This document shows, one piece after another, positions 9,349 to 19,237 of a DNA stretch of 64,000 bases. The stretch covers positions 469,171 through 533,170 of the forward strand of contig OY970292.1 of assembly GCA_963716145.1 (NCBI GenBank), given 5' to 3'. Positions within the stretch are counted from its first letter, which is position 1; the number at the start of each line of letters is the position of its first letter. This stretch comes from Candidatus Levyibacteriota bacterium (lineage in GTDB: Bacteria; Patescibacteriota; Microgenomatia; Levybacterales; UBA12049). The notes below the pieces were generated by a model that was given only the letters and a program-made list of their open reading frames with translations, was not told where the DNA came from and ran no database searches. The position numbers were made by a program, and so were the translations under genes.

Positions 9349-9900
9349 CTAGATTTGCATTAATTCCGTCTCTTTTTGCTTGCCCCAATTCTCAATCGTC
9401 TCGACAGTATCATCGATCAATCTCTGCACGTCTTTTTCAAGCCTTTTGATGTCGTCTTCGCGGCCTTCATAATCTTTTTTGATATCAATCATCGCTTCGT
9501 GTCTTACTTGCCTCACCATGATTTTGCCATTTTCCAGCTTCTGACGCATTGCCTTAATCAATTCTTCACGCCTTTCCTGAGAAAGCGGAGGAATACTGAT
9601 GCGGATCAAGTTGCCGTCGATATTGGGAGTAAATCCGGCATTTGCGGCCTCAATTCCTTTTTGGATTTCACCAATTATTGAGGGGTCAAAAGGTGTGACC
9701 ACAAGAGTTGAAACATCCAGAGCGCCAATAGTTGCCAGCTCCATTACTTTTAACTTAGCGGTTCCGCCATAAGCCGCGATAACAATATTTTCAACAAGAG
9801 AAGGAGCAGCGCGTCCTGTACGGATAGTATCCATGTCTCCTTTGAGGATATCCAAAACCTTATCGATCTTCTTTTTGGTACTTTCTGTTAACGGATCCAT
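9349..9900 (-). CDS. frr: ribosome recycling factor
   Basis: 183 aa. Full-length similarity to the Frr pattern (DKVLDILKGDMDTIRTGRAAPSLVENI ... GNLIRISIPPLSQERREELIKAMRQ). Confidence 0.9.
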   Translation of the reverse strand: MDPLTESTKKKIDKVLDILKGDMDTIRTGRAAPSLVENIVIAAYGGTAKLKVMELATIGALDVSTLVVTPFDPSIIGEIQKGIEAANAGFTPNIDGNLIRISIPPLSQERREELIKAMRQKLENGKIMVRQVRHEAMIDIKKDYEGREDDIKRLEKDVQRLIDDTVETIENWGKQKETELMQI

Positions 9901-9904
9901 ATTT

Positions 9905-10005
9905 CGGAAAACTCAGAAAACTCAGTAGTACAGTTGTTTCAGATCATCTGAAAAATCTGATAGTCAGAATCTCTGGCTTTCCGAGTATTCTGAGTGTTCT
10001 GAGAA
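9905..10005. mobile_element. about 100-nt palindromic dispersed element (copy A, intergenic tsf-frr), same family as the two in-frame copies in topA
   Basis: atttcggaaaactcagaaaactcag ... tcagatcatctga ... ccgagtattctgagtgttctgagaa. The ends are inverted repeats of each other, with an internal palindrome. Shares terminal words with the elements at 44499-44590 and 45224-45309. Confidence 0.55.
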
Positions 10006-10009
10006 TAAT

Positions 10010-10465
10010 CTATATTTGAAATCTTTTAAACTCTTTAACTGTGATGTTCTCTCCCAATTTGCCAATTGCTGATTTTACAAGCTGTTCAATTTTTATGCTC
10101 GAATCCCGGATAGAATCTTGCTTCAGCAATGCTTCCACACTTGCAGGATTCATAGCAGATACCTGCATTGCAAGCTCATGAGCCAGGTGTTTGAACTCAT
10201 CTGTTTTGGCGACAAAATCTGTCTCACAAAGAAGAGTCAGCAGAACCCCAATCTTTCCACCTTGATGGATATATGCTTCAACCAATCCCTGACCCGTTTC
10301 CCGTCCCGATTTTTTCTCGGCTTTTTCTATACCTCTTTTTTTAAGCCACTCAAGCGCTTTTTTGTAGTCCCCTTTTGACTCGTCAAGTGCCTGGCGGCAA
10401 TCGGCAATTGATGCGCTGGTTTCATCCCGGAGCTTTTTGAGTAATTTTAGATCGATGTTTGCCAT
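10010..10465 (-). CDS. tsf: elongation factor Ts (short form); start at MANIDLK
   Basis: MANIDLKLLKKLRDETSASIADCRQALDESKGDYKKALEWLKKRG is the EF-Ts UBA-like N-terminus. The ORF-track N-terminal extension (10466-10618) is the low-complexity tail region of rpsB in another frame. Confidence 0.85.
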   Translation of the reverse strand: MANIDLKLLKKLRDETSASIADCRQALDESKGDYKKALEWLKKRGIEKAEKKSGRETGQGLVEAYIHQGGKIGVLLTLLCETDFVAKTDEFKHLAHELAMQVSAMNPASVEALLKQDSIRDSSIKIEQLVKSAIGKLGENITVKEFKRFQI

Positions 10466-10496
10466 AAATTTTGAATTATGAATTAGGAATAATGAA

Positions 10497-11450
10497 TTAT
10501 GATTTTTTTGCTTTTGGTTTTTTATCCTTTGCGGGTTTAACTTTTGGTTTTGTAGATTTACTAGGCTCCTTTTTCCCTGATTCTTGATTCTTAATTCCTG
10601 ATTCTTTTTCAACCGCACTTGTCGCCATTTCCTTTGCCCAGGTTGTGTCGGTTTTTTTAGCTTTGGCCTCTTCTTTTGCCTTCTCGGCCGCGATCTTTGC
10701 GTCCTCTTTCTCTTTCTCTACTGCCTCCTTTGCATCAATAATCTGCTTTGCGGATTTGCCTTCAATCCATGAATCAAAAATATAACTTATGATCAGCTTC
10801 AAACTCCCCACGGCGTCATCATTTGCGGGAATAGGGTAATCAATAATCATCGGATCGGAATTGGTATCTGTGATCCCAATTGAGGGTGTTCCCATTTTTA
10901 AAGCTTCTTCGGCTGCTGCGTGCTCTTCATGAGTATCTATAATAAAAACAGCGTCAGGAGTTCTGGTCATATCGGCAATTCCGCCGTAAAAATTTTCAAG
11001 TTTTTGACGATTTTTCTCCCATTCGCTTATTTCTTTTTTGGTATAACTCGCCTTTTCATTCTCATCCTGTAAACGGTAACTGATATCTGTTAATTTTTTG
11101 AAGTTTTTGGCAACTTCTGAAAAATTGGTGAGTGTTCCTCCGATCCAACGCTTTGTAACGAAATATAGACCTTGGGAACTTGTCTGATCAAGTCTTGTGA
11201 GTTCTTCGCGCAGAATTGTCTCAGCCTGTCTCTTGGTACCAAGAACAAGAAGTGTTCCTCCTTTTTTGGCTAAATCACGGACAAATTTACCTGCTTCTTC
11301 AAGTCCCTCTTTGGTCTTTTCCAAATCAATAATGTGGATATTGTCGCGGGTCTCAAAGATGAATTCACGCATCTTTGGATTTTGGCGGGAGACTTGGTGT
11401 CCGAAATGACAACCAGCCTCAAGTAATTCTTCAAGTGTAACGTTTCTCAT
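10497..11450 (-). CDS. rpsB: 30S ribosomal protein S2 with Lys-rich C-terminal extension; start at MRNVTLEEL
   Basis: LLEAGCHFGHQVSRQNPKM ... IIDTHEEHAAAEEALKMGTPSIGITDTNSDP matches S2. The C-terminal tail AKAKKTDTT...KPKAKKS is low complexity and contains the IKNQE repeat block. Confidence 0.9.
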   Translation of the reverse strand: MRNVTLEELLEAGCHFGHQVSRQNPKMREFIFETRDNIHIIDLEKTKEGLEEAGKFVRDLAKKGGTLLVLGTKRQAETILREELTRLDQTSSQGLYFVTKRWIGGTLTNFSEVAKNFKKLTDISYRLQDENEKASYTKKEISEWEKNRQKLENFYGGIADMTRTPDAVFIIDTHEEHAAAEEALKMGTPSIGITDTNSDPMIIDYPIPANDDAVGSLKLIISYIFDSWIEGKSAKQIIDAKEAVEKEKEDAKIAAEKAKEEAKAKKTDTTWAKEMATSAVEKESGIKNQESGKKEPSKSTKPKVKPAKDKKPKAKKS

Positions 11451-11662
11451 ATATTTCCCTTCTTCGACTCGCCGTAGCATTTATGCGGAGGCGGTAGACA
11501 TCCATCTGTTTTTACGATCATCTGACCGCAGGGTAATTTACAGATGTGTAAAGATAGATGTATTATACAAAAATAAACTTCGTACTGCAATGGCTAAATT
11601 GCACAGAGTGAATTTTGATTGCTGGACTTGCAAAATTTTGAAAAATTGGGCATCATTAAGTT

Positions 11663-12547
11663 ATGAGAAAAAATCTCCAAGCGGGTGGGAGCTCGGGAAT
11701 GATTTACGTAGTCGTAATTTTGGCAACTCTTATCGCTTTTTCTTTTCATATGGTAGGCGGTAAGCTTCCGCAGCAATCCATCCCAACAACTACATCAGAC
11801 CAAGCTAATAAGCAGGAGATTGTCTTTGAACAAGTAAAAGATCCAGGCAAGAAAAATCTCCAGCTCCAAACGTTTACTGTAAAAAACACTTGCGAAAATA
11901 AAATGGCGGTTGATTTCCTGATTGATGTTTCAGGTTCTATGAGGGAAAATAATAAAATAGGCAAAGAAAAAGATGCTCTAAAAGCTTTTTCTGCTCGCAT
12001 GAATGATACCTCTGTTATTGGAATTCAAACTTTTAGTTCAAGCGTTCAGGAAAAAATTCCCCTTAGTTACTATAAAGACGTTAAAGGCCAGGTGCAAAAT
12101 ACAATCAATTCCCTGCCCGCCAATGGCTGGACAAGCACACGTTCGGCTTTTGAACTTGCTCATCAAAAATTGTCAGGCGTTATCAGCCAAAACAAATTTC
12201 CCGGCTATAAGTACGCGCTTATTCTTCTCTCAGACGGCGTTCCTGAGACGGCAGATGGTGCCTCAAATCCGAAAAACTGTTTGCTGATTTCCAATGGCAG
12301 ATGTTTCGCGCTTGCCCAAGACCCCAGGGTACCCACGAATCTGAGTACAGACGTAAAAAATCTCGGCGTAAGTATTTATTCTATTGCTATTACCAGCTCA
12401 GGAGATAAAACTATGGAAAAAGAGCTTATACAACTGCTGCAGGATCTATCCTCTGATCCGGATTCAAAATTCTTTTATAATAGTATTGATGGCAATAATC
12501 TAACTACTGTTCTTGATAATGTTTTTAATGATATTTGCAAGCAATAG
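11663..12547 (+). CDS. secreted/membrane-anchored von Willebrand factor A (vWA) domain protein
   Basis: N-terminal TM/signal segment. MIDAS motif FLIDVSGSM, then LLSDGVPE and a downstream T residue. Shares an N-terminal module (DPGKKNLQLQTF) with the next gene. Confidence 0.65.
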   Translation: MRKNLQAGGSSGMIYVVVILATLIAFSFHMVGGKLPQQSIPTTTSDQANKQEIVFEQVKDPGKKNLQLQTFTVKNTCENKMAVDFLIDVSGSMRENNKIGKEKDALKAFSARMNDTSVIGIQTFSSSVQEKIPLSYYKDVKGQVQNTINSLPANGWTSTRSAFELAHQKLSGVISQNKFPGYKYALILLSDGVPETADGASNPKNCLLISNGRCFALAQDPRVPTNLSTDVKNLGVSIYSIAITSSGDKTMEKELIQLLQDLSSDPDSKFFYNSIDGNNLTTVLDNVFNDICKQ

Positions 12548-12557
12548 TTTTTTAAAA

Positions 12558-13595
12558 ATGAAGAAAAATAAATTATTACCAAAATTTTCAACAGGCTCCA
12601 TTTCCGGAGGCGCAATATATATTGTTTTTATTGTATTGGCGATAGGATTAATGGGCGTAACGCTTACCAACGGACCCTTCCCAGCCCAAAACCCAATTAA
12701 TACAAATAGTCCGGTAACTCCCGTAGTTCCCATCCTTGATGCGGGTAAAAAAAATCTCCAGCTTTATACTTTTGGCTATACGACACCAGCACCAACTGTT
12801 CCGCCTCAACCCACCGTACCACCAACATCAACTTGCCGGACCATGATAAAGCCACCTACTTGCCAGGCTTGTGATCACGGCGCCTCAATGCTATGCAAAG
12901 AAAGTCCATGCAACTCCCCAGCTTTCCCTTTTCCCGTATATGATCCCGATTACACCTGTGCATATATGGAAACCACTAATAAAACTCTGTATGATCAGAA
13001 AAAAACTGATCCTAACTGCATTGAGGCCTGCATTGCCAAACCTGTAATTTATCTTTATCCAACTACTCCAACTCTTGTTGATGTCTCTGTCAAGGTTCCG
13101 GGAAATATATTCATCAGCGATCCGCTTTACCCTGATGGTGGTTGGAAAAATGTCCTAGCGCATCCTAATGGATCACTTTTGTATGAAAACAAAAAATATA
13201 GCGAACTTTTCTTTGAATCCGATGTTGATAAAGTAAATCCACCGGACAACGGAATTGTTATTGCCAAAAGAGATCTTAAGAAAACACTTACAGATACTGT
13301 AACCAAGTTGGGCTTAATTGGAGCAGAAAAGGAGGAGTTTCTTGATTTCTGGATTCCAGTTTTAAACGACCTTGATTCTCCTTATATACTCTTCTCAATA
13401 CTTGATGATGTCGAAAAAGAAAGAGTTGATCATGTGGAAATATCCCCCAGACCTGACACTTTTATTGCATTTATTGCTTATTTTAAACCTCTTACGGCCC
13501 CACCTACCGACATTAAACCGTTAAATCTTCCCGAGAGTCCTCCAGAGAGAATTGGATTTACTGCGGTTGAATGGGGGGGAACGATTGATTACTGA
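12558..13595 (+). CDS. hypothetical secreted Cys-rich protein (start moved to MKKNKLLPKF)
   Basis: Signal/TM segment, Pro/Thr linker, several Cys pairs (CRTMIKPPTCQACDHG). The N-terminal module DAGKKNLQLYTF is paralogous to the vWA protein upstream. Confidence 0.5.
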   Translation: MKKNKLLPKFSTGSISGGAIYIVFIVLAIGLMGVTLTNGPFPAQNPINTNSPVTPVVPILDAGKKNLQLYTFGYTTPAPTVPPQPTVPPTSTCRTMIKPPTCQACDHGASMLCKESPCNSPAFPFPVYDPDYTCAYMETTNKTLYDQKKTDPNCIEACIAKPVIYLYPTTPTLVDVSVKVPGNIFISDPLYPDGGWKNVLAHPNGSLLYENKKYSELFFESDVDKVNPPDNGIVIAKRDLKKTLTDTVTKLGLIGAEKEEFLDFWIPVLNDLDSPYILFSILDDVEKERVDHVEISPRPDTFIAFIAYFKPLTAPPTDIKPLNLPESPPERIGFTAVEWGGTIDY

Positions 13596-14269
13596 ACGAA
13601 TTTAAAAGAGGAAATAATCTTCCCGAATGTATTTTCAAGTTGCAAATCAATATCTGAGTTAGTATAGGAATAGTCTATAAAATATCCCTTGTCCCCTCTT
13701 TCAAAAAATATGTATGTTGACTGAAGAGTCGTCACTGGCGCACTTCCCGACTTAGGCTTGGGGGGAAGTGAACCTGTAAGCTTTGTCGTCGATACCCCGT
13801 CAATCAACATAGAGCTACTTTTAAAACCGAGGTTTATATAATCTTGTTGTTTTTGCCTGGTTGCCTGGACCGAAGATACGCTTTCAAGCGTAATATCGAA
13901 ATTCACATTGGTTAAATTTGCTACCGGCTTTATGCTTTGCCCTGTACTACCATTGCTAAAGCTTAATTCCCGAACTTGCCACTCGGGCGGATAACTTATG
14001 CTGTACTGCGCGTTTTGATAAATTTGCCAAGATTCCAATTTATTAGGCTGCGTTGATGGCAAAGACTGTACGGGATTGGCTGAACTTTTTGATGGAGAAT
14101 TGTTATCTATCTGTTGGGTTTGAGAAGAATTTTCTTTTCTTGCCGAAGCACCGCTAATAATTGCCGTGACTACAAACACGATTATTATCGCAACGACTGC
14201 TATAAAAACTATTAAAACTTTTTTATTAGGTACGGGCTTACCCAAATCAGGAACAGTCGGTGTATCCAT
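13589..14269 (-). CDS. hypothetical membrane-anchored extracytoplasmic protein
   Basis: N-terminal TM helix (VLIVFIAVVAIIIVFVVTAIISG). The extracellular domain has a YxISYPPEW motif shared with the 22311 and 42652 proteins. Confidence 0.5.
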   Translation of the reverse strand: MDTPTVPDLGKPVPNKKVLIVFIAVVAIIIVFVVTAIISGASARKENSSQTQQIDNNSPSKSSANPVQSLPSTQPNKLESWQIYQNAQYSISYPPEWQVRELSFSNGSTGQSIKPVANLTNVNFDITLESVSSVQATRQKQQDYINLGFKSSSMLIDGVSTTKLTGSLPPKPKSGSAPVTTLQSTYIFFERGDKGYFIDYSYTNSDIDLQLENTFGKIISSFKFVQ

Positions 14270-14308
14270 AATATAAAGTATCGCACCGCAGATGTTTGGT
14301 TGTCAAAT

Positions 14309-15605
14309 TTACTTATCGCTTGGGAGGGGAAAATCGCGGGTGAATTCTCGTACCTGTGCATGGAGCTTGGATAAATGCTTATCATTGTCGTGATGCGCAA
14401 TTGCGTCTTCAATCCATACCGCAATTTGCTTCATCTCGCGCTCTTTCATCCCGCGCGTAGTTAATGCCGGTGTTCCCAAACGGAGTCCTGATGGACTAAA
14501 TGGCGGGCGCGGATCAAATGGTACTGTATTCTTGTTAGCGGTAATACCCGCTTTTCCAAGAGCAGATTCTGCGTCTGCTCCTATTATATTTTTATTAGTT
14601 AGATCAATTAGCAAAAGATGATTATCTGTTCCCCCGGTAACAAGATCAAAGCCCTTTGACATAAGACTGTTGGCAAGCGTCTTGGCATTTTTAACAATTT
14701 GTATACCATAAGCCTTAAAGGCTGGCGTTGACGCTTCTTTAAGAGCAACTGCAATTGCAGCTGTCTGATGGTTATGCGGACCGCCTTGAAGCCCTGGGAT
14801 AATCGCGCGGTCAATAAGAGTCGGAAGATTTTCAGGTTTTCTTTCAACTGCCTTTAAAGGATTTGAGGGATTGCCATTGCATAAAATTATTGCTCCCCGC
14901 GGACCACGCAGTGTCTTATGCGTTGTTGTTGTAACCACATCTGCAATGCCAACCGGTGAGGGATGCGCTCCCGCAACAACCAAACCGGCGATGTGCGAGA
15001 TGTCAGCTACCAGCCAAGCTTTACTTAAGTCAGCAATCTCGCGGAGTTTGGCCCAATCATAAATCCGAGGATACGCAGTCGCGCCAACCATCAAAAGCTT
15101 GGGTTTTTCCGCCTTGACCATTTTTCTCATCTCGTCATAATCAAGATACCCATCTTTGCCGGTATGATATTGTACGGAATTATAAATAGTTCCCGAGAAA
15201 TTGACTTTAAGCCCGTGAGTCATATGTCCGCCGAAATAAAGATGCAGACCCATAACTGTATCTCCCGGATTAACAAGTGCATAATAGACTGCCATGTTTG
15301 CAGGAGATCCCGAATAAGGTTGTACATTTGCGTGCGTTACTCCAAAAAGTTTTTTGGCACTGGTCCCGGGCAAGATTCTCAACCTTATCAACTACCTCAC
15401 AACCGCCATAATAACGTTTTCCGGGATAGCCTTCGGAATACTTGTCGGTAAGACGTGAACCAAGCGCCGCCAAAACTGCGCTTGATGTATGATTTTCACT
15501 CGGAATCATCTCAAGCCCTTCTGTCTGGCGCTTTATCTCATGCTTTATTAAATCAAATATCTGCGGGTCTGTTTTTTTGAGGTTAATCACACAACCAATA
15601 TACAA
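14309..15605 (-). CDS. glyA: serine hydroxymethyltransferase, interrupted by a 1-nt frameshift near 15367
   Basis: ORF 15270-15605 gives the SHMT N-terminus ([46 protein letters not shown]). ORF 14309-15391 gives the rest (AKKLFG...[11 protein letters not shown]...[14 protein letters not shown]). Removing one T in cgggaccagTgccaaaaaa restores ...ENLARDQAKKLFG.... Confidence 0.85.
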
Positions 15606-15650
15606 ATTTATCTTTCCTTTTGCAAGAGGTAGTTTTGCAGATTTAACAAT

Positions 15651-16148
15651 CTAATCCCTCTCAAGAGTTAAAAAAGTATACTTATATCCATCCGCTTCTT
15701 TTTTTTCTTCAGACACCACTTTTGTAAATTCCGGATATTCAGGGAAGAATACATCTGCTCCGTAATCACCTTCTACAATTGTCAGATATAATCGATCGAC
15801 TAAGCCTTTCTCAACCGCCTGCTTGAAAATCTCTCCCCCGCCAAAGACAAAAACTTCCTCTCCTCCTGCGCTTTTTTTTCCTATTTCGATACCATCTTCC
15901 AGAGATGTTACGACTGCTTCAGGGTGATAGGAAAGCTTTTCAATCCTTTGTGAATCTCTAGTGATAACTATATGAGTCCTATTTGGCAGAAGTCTGCCCA
16001 AAGATTCAAAAGTCCGGCGCCCCATCACAAGCGGATGGCCTGTGGTGATTTCCCTTAATCTTTTCGTGTCCTCAGGTATTTTGAACAGAAGATCATTGTT
16101 CTTCCCCAAACCATTTTTCTCATCAATCGCGGCAATTATACTAATCAT
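15651..16148 (-). CDS. folA: dihydrofolate reductase
   Basis: MISIIAAIDEKNGLGKNNDLLFKIPEDTKRLREITTGHPLVMGRRTFESLGRLLPNRTHIVITR is the DHFR signature. 4-nt overlap with thyA. Confidence 0.85.
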   Translation of the reverse strand: MISIIAAIDEKNGLGKNNDLLFKIPEDTKRLREITTGHPLVMGRRTFESLGRLLPNRTHIVITRDSQRIEKLSYHPEAVVTSLEDGIEIGKKSAGGEEVFVFGGGEIFKQAVEKGLVDRLYLTIVEGDYGADVFFPEYPEFTKVVSEEKKEADGYKYTFLTLERD

Positions 16149-17125
16149 GCTTTATTTGCCTTCTTTCCCTGAGCTTCGTAGAATCCTCCCGCAACTGTTA
16201 GCTCTGCCTTAATGGGTGGGTGCGGATCATAATTTAGAAGTTCAACCAGTTCAGGACGGAAACTATCAAGATCTTTGAATTTGCCAAGTTTGATCGTCGG
16301 GAATGGTTTTGGTTTTCTTTTCAATTGCTCCTTTACCTGGTCAATGTGATTTTCATAAATATGCACATCACCAAAAGTATGTACAAATTCCCCCGGTTTG
16401 TAACCCAAAATTTTGGCCAGAATAATTGTCAGAAGAGCATAGCTTGCTATATTAAATGGTACTCCTAGAAAAACATCAGCGCTTCTTTGGTATAGTTGCA
16501 AATTTAATCTATTATTCTTGATATTCACCTGATACATATTGTGGCAAATCGGAAAGTAAGACGTATCTTCCTTAGTTGCCATTGTGTATAGGTATTCAGG
16601 ATTCCAGGAATTTACAATCGTGTTGTGAGCAAAAGGATCATCCGTAAGTTCCTGAATAACCCATTTTAGCTGGTCAATGGTGCGCCCTGAGCGGGTGGGC
16701 CAGCAGCGCCACAATTCTCCATAAATTCTTGGCAAATTCCCCCACTCTTTGGCAAATTTATTGTCTTCTGCGATTTTCTGAATAAACTCCTCCTTTGTTA
16801 AAACTTGATTCTTACTTCTTAATTCTTGCTTCTTCGCAAAAATCTTGTACGGGTAATCATCCCAGATATGGACATTGTTATCGACCAGATATTTTATATT
16901 GGAGTTGCCAGACATGAACCAATAAAGCTCGTGAAGTACTCCCTTCCAGTAGACTTTTTTCGTAGTTAAAAGAGGAAAACCTTCTGATAGATCAAACCTA
17001 ATTTGACGACCAAAAACGCCGTAAGAACTTACTCCTGTCCCACGATCATAATTCTTGTCCCCGTTTTTGAGGATGTCCTTAAGAAGATCCAAATATTGGT
17101 GTTCGGGATGAATTGACTTCGTCAT
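16145..17125 (-). CDS. thyA: thymidylate synthase (ThyA), start at MTKSIHPEHQYLDL; carries a low-complexity insertion (AKKQELRSKNQV)
   Basis: FGRQIRFDLSEGFPLLTTKKV..GVLHELYWFMSGNSN..YL...VHIWD, catalytic ICHNMYQ, ...SADVFLGVPFNIASYALLT are all ThyA motifs. Confidence 0.9.
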   Translation of the reverse strand: MTKSIHPEHQYLDLLKDILKNGDKNYDRGTGVSSYGVFGRQIRFDLSEGFPLLTTKKVYWKGVLHELYWFMSGNSNIKYLVDNNVHIWDDYPYKIFAKKQELRSKNQVLTKEEFIQKIAEDNKFAKEWGNLPRIYGELWRCWPTRSGRTIDQLKWVIQELTDDPFAHNTIVNSWNPEYLYTMATKEDTSYFPICHNMYQVNIKNNRLNLQLYQRSADVFLGVPFNIASYALLTIILAKILGYKPGEFVHTFGDVHIYENHIDQVKEQLKRKPKPFPTIKLGKFKDLDSFRPELVELLNYDPHPPIKAELTVAGGFYEAQGKKANKA

Positions 17126-17225
17126 AATACGTACCAATACTACCAATAATACAGTGAGCAATCAAGAGTTATCTAATTTGACTTCTATTTATATAGATTA
17201 TATTATTACTATCAAAACATAATCT

Positions 17226-18137
17226 ATGTCTTCGGCAATTACTTTTAAAAACACAGGTTATAAAATCGGCAATAAAACTATTCTTGAAAATGTAAACTTA
17301 AATATCCCAAAAGGCAGCATAACCGGAATCCTTGGACCAAATGGCGCCGGCAAGACAACTCTTCTTTCACTCATCAACGGCCTTCGCAATCACACAACAG
17401 GCGAAGTAACAGTTCTCGGTGAAAAACTACCTCTTAGTTCCAGTCTCAGAAAACGGATTGGAGTAGTTCTTCAGGAAACAGCGCTTTATGAAGAATTAAC
17501 AACTTTTGAAAATCTGGAATTTTCAGCCAGTCTGTATGATGTCAAAAACGCGAAAGAAAGAATCAATAAGATTCTGGCTCTTCTTAAATTATCTGACCGC
17601 AAAGATCAAATTGTCAGCACTCTTTCGGGAGGACTTAAGCGCCGAGTTGCAATTGCCAGATCGCTGATTCATGATCCTGAGCTTTTGATAGTTGATGAGC
17701 CCACACTTGGAGTTGACGTCGAGGCGAGACATGCTATCTGGTCCCACCTGAGAGTTCTTAAATCAAAAGGCAGGACAATAGTTGTCGCGACAAATTATCT
17801 GGACGAAGCGCAGGCACTATGCGATACTGTCGCGGTGCTTAAAAAAGGCAAACTTGTAATAGTTGAAACGCCTGAAAAGCTAGTTTCTAAAACAGGAACC
17901 TGCATCGACATCCAATGCTCAATCCAAACGGGCAAAGAAGTATCAAGTGCCCTTAAAAAAACAAAAAGTATTGTCAGGATTGACCCGACTCCGAGCGGAT
18001 TATCAATATTTCTCAAAGGCTCAACAGTTCCGAAAGAGATTATGAAAACCCTTTTGTCCCAACCAAAAATTGAAGGGATTCTGACCCGCGCGCCGGACCT
18101 GGCCGAAGTGTTTAAAGCCCTAAAGGAAAAAGCATGA
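17226..18137 (+). CDS. ABC transporter ATP-binding protein
   Basis: Walker A GPNGAGKTTLLS, ABC signature LSGGLKRRVAIARSL, Walker B LLIVDEPTLGVD. Confidence 0.85.
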   Translation: MSSAITFKNTGYKIGNKTILENVNLNIPKGSITGILGPNGAGKTTLLSLINGLRNHTTGEVTVLGEKLPLSSSLRKRIGVVLQETALYEELTTFENLEFSASLYDVKNAKERINKILALLKLSDRKDQIVSTLSGGLKRRVAIARSLIHDPELLIVDEPTLGVDVEARHAIWSHLRVLKSKGRTIVVATNYLDEAQALCDTVAVLKKGKLVIVETPEKLVSKTGTCIDIQCSIQTGKEVSSALKKTKSIVRIDPTPSGLSIFLKGSTVPKEIMKTLLSQPKIEGILTRAPDLAEVFKALKEKA

Positions 18138-19237
18138 AAAGAGCAATAAATGTGATACTGAGCTCCGCTCGGGTAGAATTTATCAGACTCAAACGCTCCC
18201 CTCTTCTAGTATTTTTGACCATAACGCAGGCAATCACTTTCATGCTATTGGTCAATTTTTTCGGCATGACCGGAGCTTTTGCACCAACGGCTGTAGTTGA
18301 TTATGACAAGAGTGATTTTTCTAAAAGCTTTATTGAGACACTCAAAAACGCCCACCACTCATTTGCTATTCAGATGATGGAAAAAGATAGCGCGGTTGCA
18401 GAATTTAACAAAGGAAAAATTGTCGCGATTATCCAAATCCCCAAAGGTTTCTCGGCTGTTATCAAGTCCGGCCACAGCGTTGATATCAAAGTCGCTGTTA
18501 ACAATATTGATACCGATATGACAGCTGATATTGAGAGAGCTCTTCCGGCAGCTATTACCCAATTTGGCAACAAACATAAGTTTTCACTTATTCACGTCAG
18601 AGCGGTCGAACATGATCTGATTCCTCATGACACCGGATTTATTGAATATATGGTAATTAGCGCCTTTATTTTGAACGCCTTTATTATCAGCGGTATCCTT
18701 GCAGCTACTTCAGTTGCCCGTGAGTTTGAGGAGAGCACAATTAATCATCTTTTAATGGCACCTGTTAATACTATTTTTTCACTTCTCGGGCGTGTTCTGG
18801 TAACCGGCGGATTTAGCGCGATCTTAATTCTTCTGACTATGCCGGTTGTTTTGCGTCTTTACGGGATTACCCCGCTTGACCCGCTAACAATTGGGCTCGT
18901 AATTATCCTCGGGGTTATTACTTTTTCCATTCTCGCTGTTGCTCTTGGCGCGGCTGTTAAGAAAAGTTTTCCTGTTGTTTCTCTCATTTTTGGATTGTCT
19001 CTTCCTATTTTCATCAATAGCGGCTCGTATGAGCCGGAGCGGCTGGATGGAAATCTGATCTGGGCAACAGCTCATCTGAATCCTGTTTATTACTTGGTGG
19101 GAATAATGCAAAACGCTGTCTGGGGATTTAAAGTAACTCCTGAGCCGATTTGGATTTTATATGTAGCAACTTTTGGTTGGATGGTTCTTGGACTTTTTCT
19201 CAGCCGGTTTTTCCTTAAAAGGAGGCTTTCTGTATGA
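18134..19237 (+). CDS. ABC-2 type transporter permease
   Basis: 4-nt overlap with the ATPase gene. N-terminal TM, large periplasmic loop, then 5 C-terminal TM helices typical of ABC-2. Confidence 0.7.
   Translation: MKRAINVILSSARVEFIRLKRSPLLVFLTITQAITFMLLVNFFGMTGAFAPTAVVDYDKSDFSKSFIETLKNAHHSFAIQMMEKDSAVAEFNKGKIVAIIQIPKGFSAVIKSGHSVDIKVAVNNIDTDMTADIERALPAAITQFGNKHKFSLIHVRAVEHDLIPHDTGFIEYMVISAFILNAFIISGILAATSVAREFEESTINHLLMAPVNTIFSLLGRVLVTGGFSAILILLTMPVVLRLYGITPLDPLTIGLVIILGVITFSILAVALGAAVKKSFPVVSLIFGLSLPIFINSGSYEPERLDGNLIWATAHLNPVYYLVGIMQNAVWGFKVTPEPIWILYVATFGWMVLGLFLSRFFLKRRLSV

Noticed and set aside
10466-10618. N-terminal extension of tsf (ORF-track start at 10618, MRLKKNQELRIKNQ...)
   Set aside because: The EF-Ts N-terminal UBA-like motif begins at MANIDLK (10465). 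The extension overlaps the rpsB 3' end and consists of the IKNQE low-complexity repeat read in another frame.
9349-11450. Missing pyrH between tsf and frr as a sign of rearrangement
   Set aside because: The tsf-frr spacer is occupied by the palindromic element. UMP kinase may simply be elsewhere. This is not informative enough to report as a finding.
12003-12287. Numerous small ORFs antisense to or nested within annotated genes (for example 2416-2703, 5073-5435, 12003-12287, 19959-20354, 24667-25014, 43697-44155, 53002-53292)
   Set aside because: They overlap well-supported conserved genes on the opposite strand or in other frames, have no motifs, and are typical shadow ORFs of an AT-rich genome.
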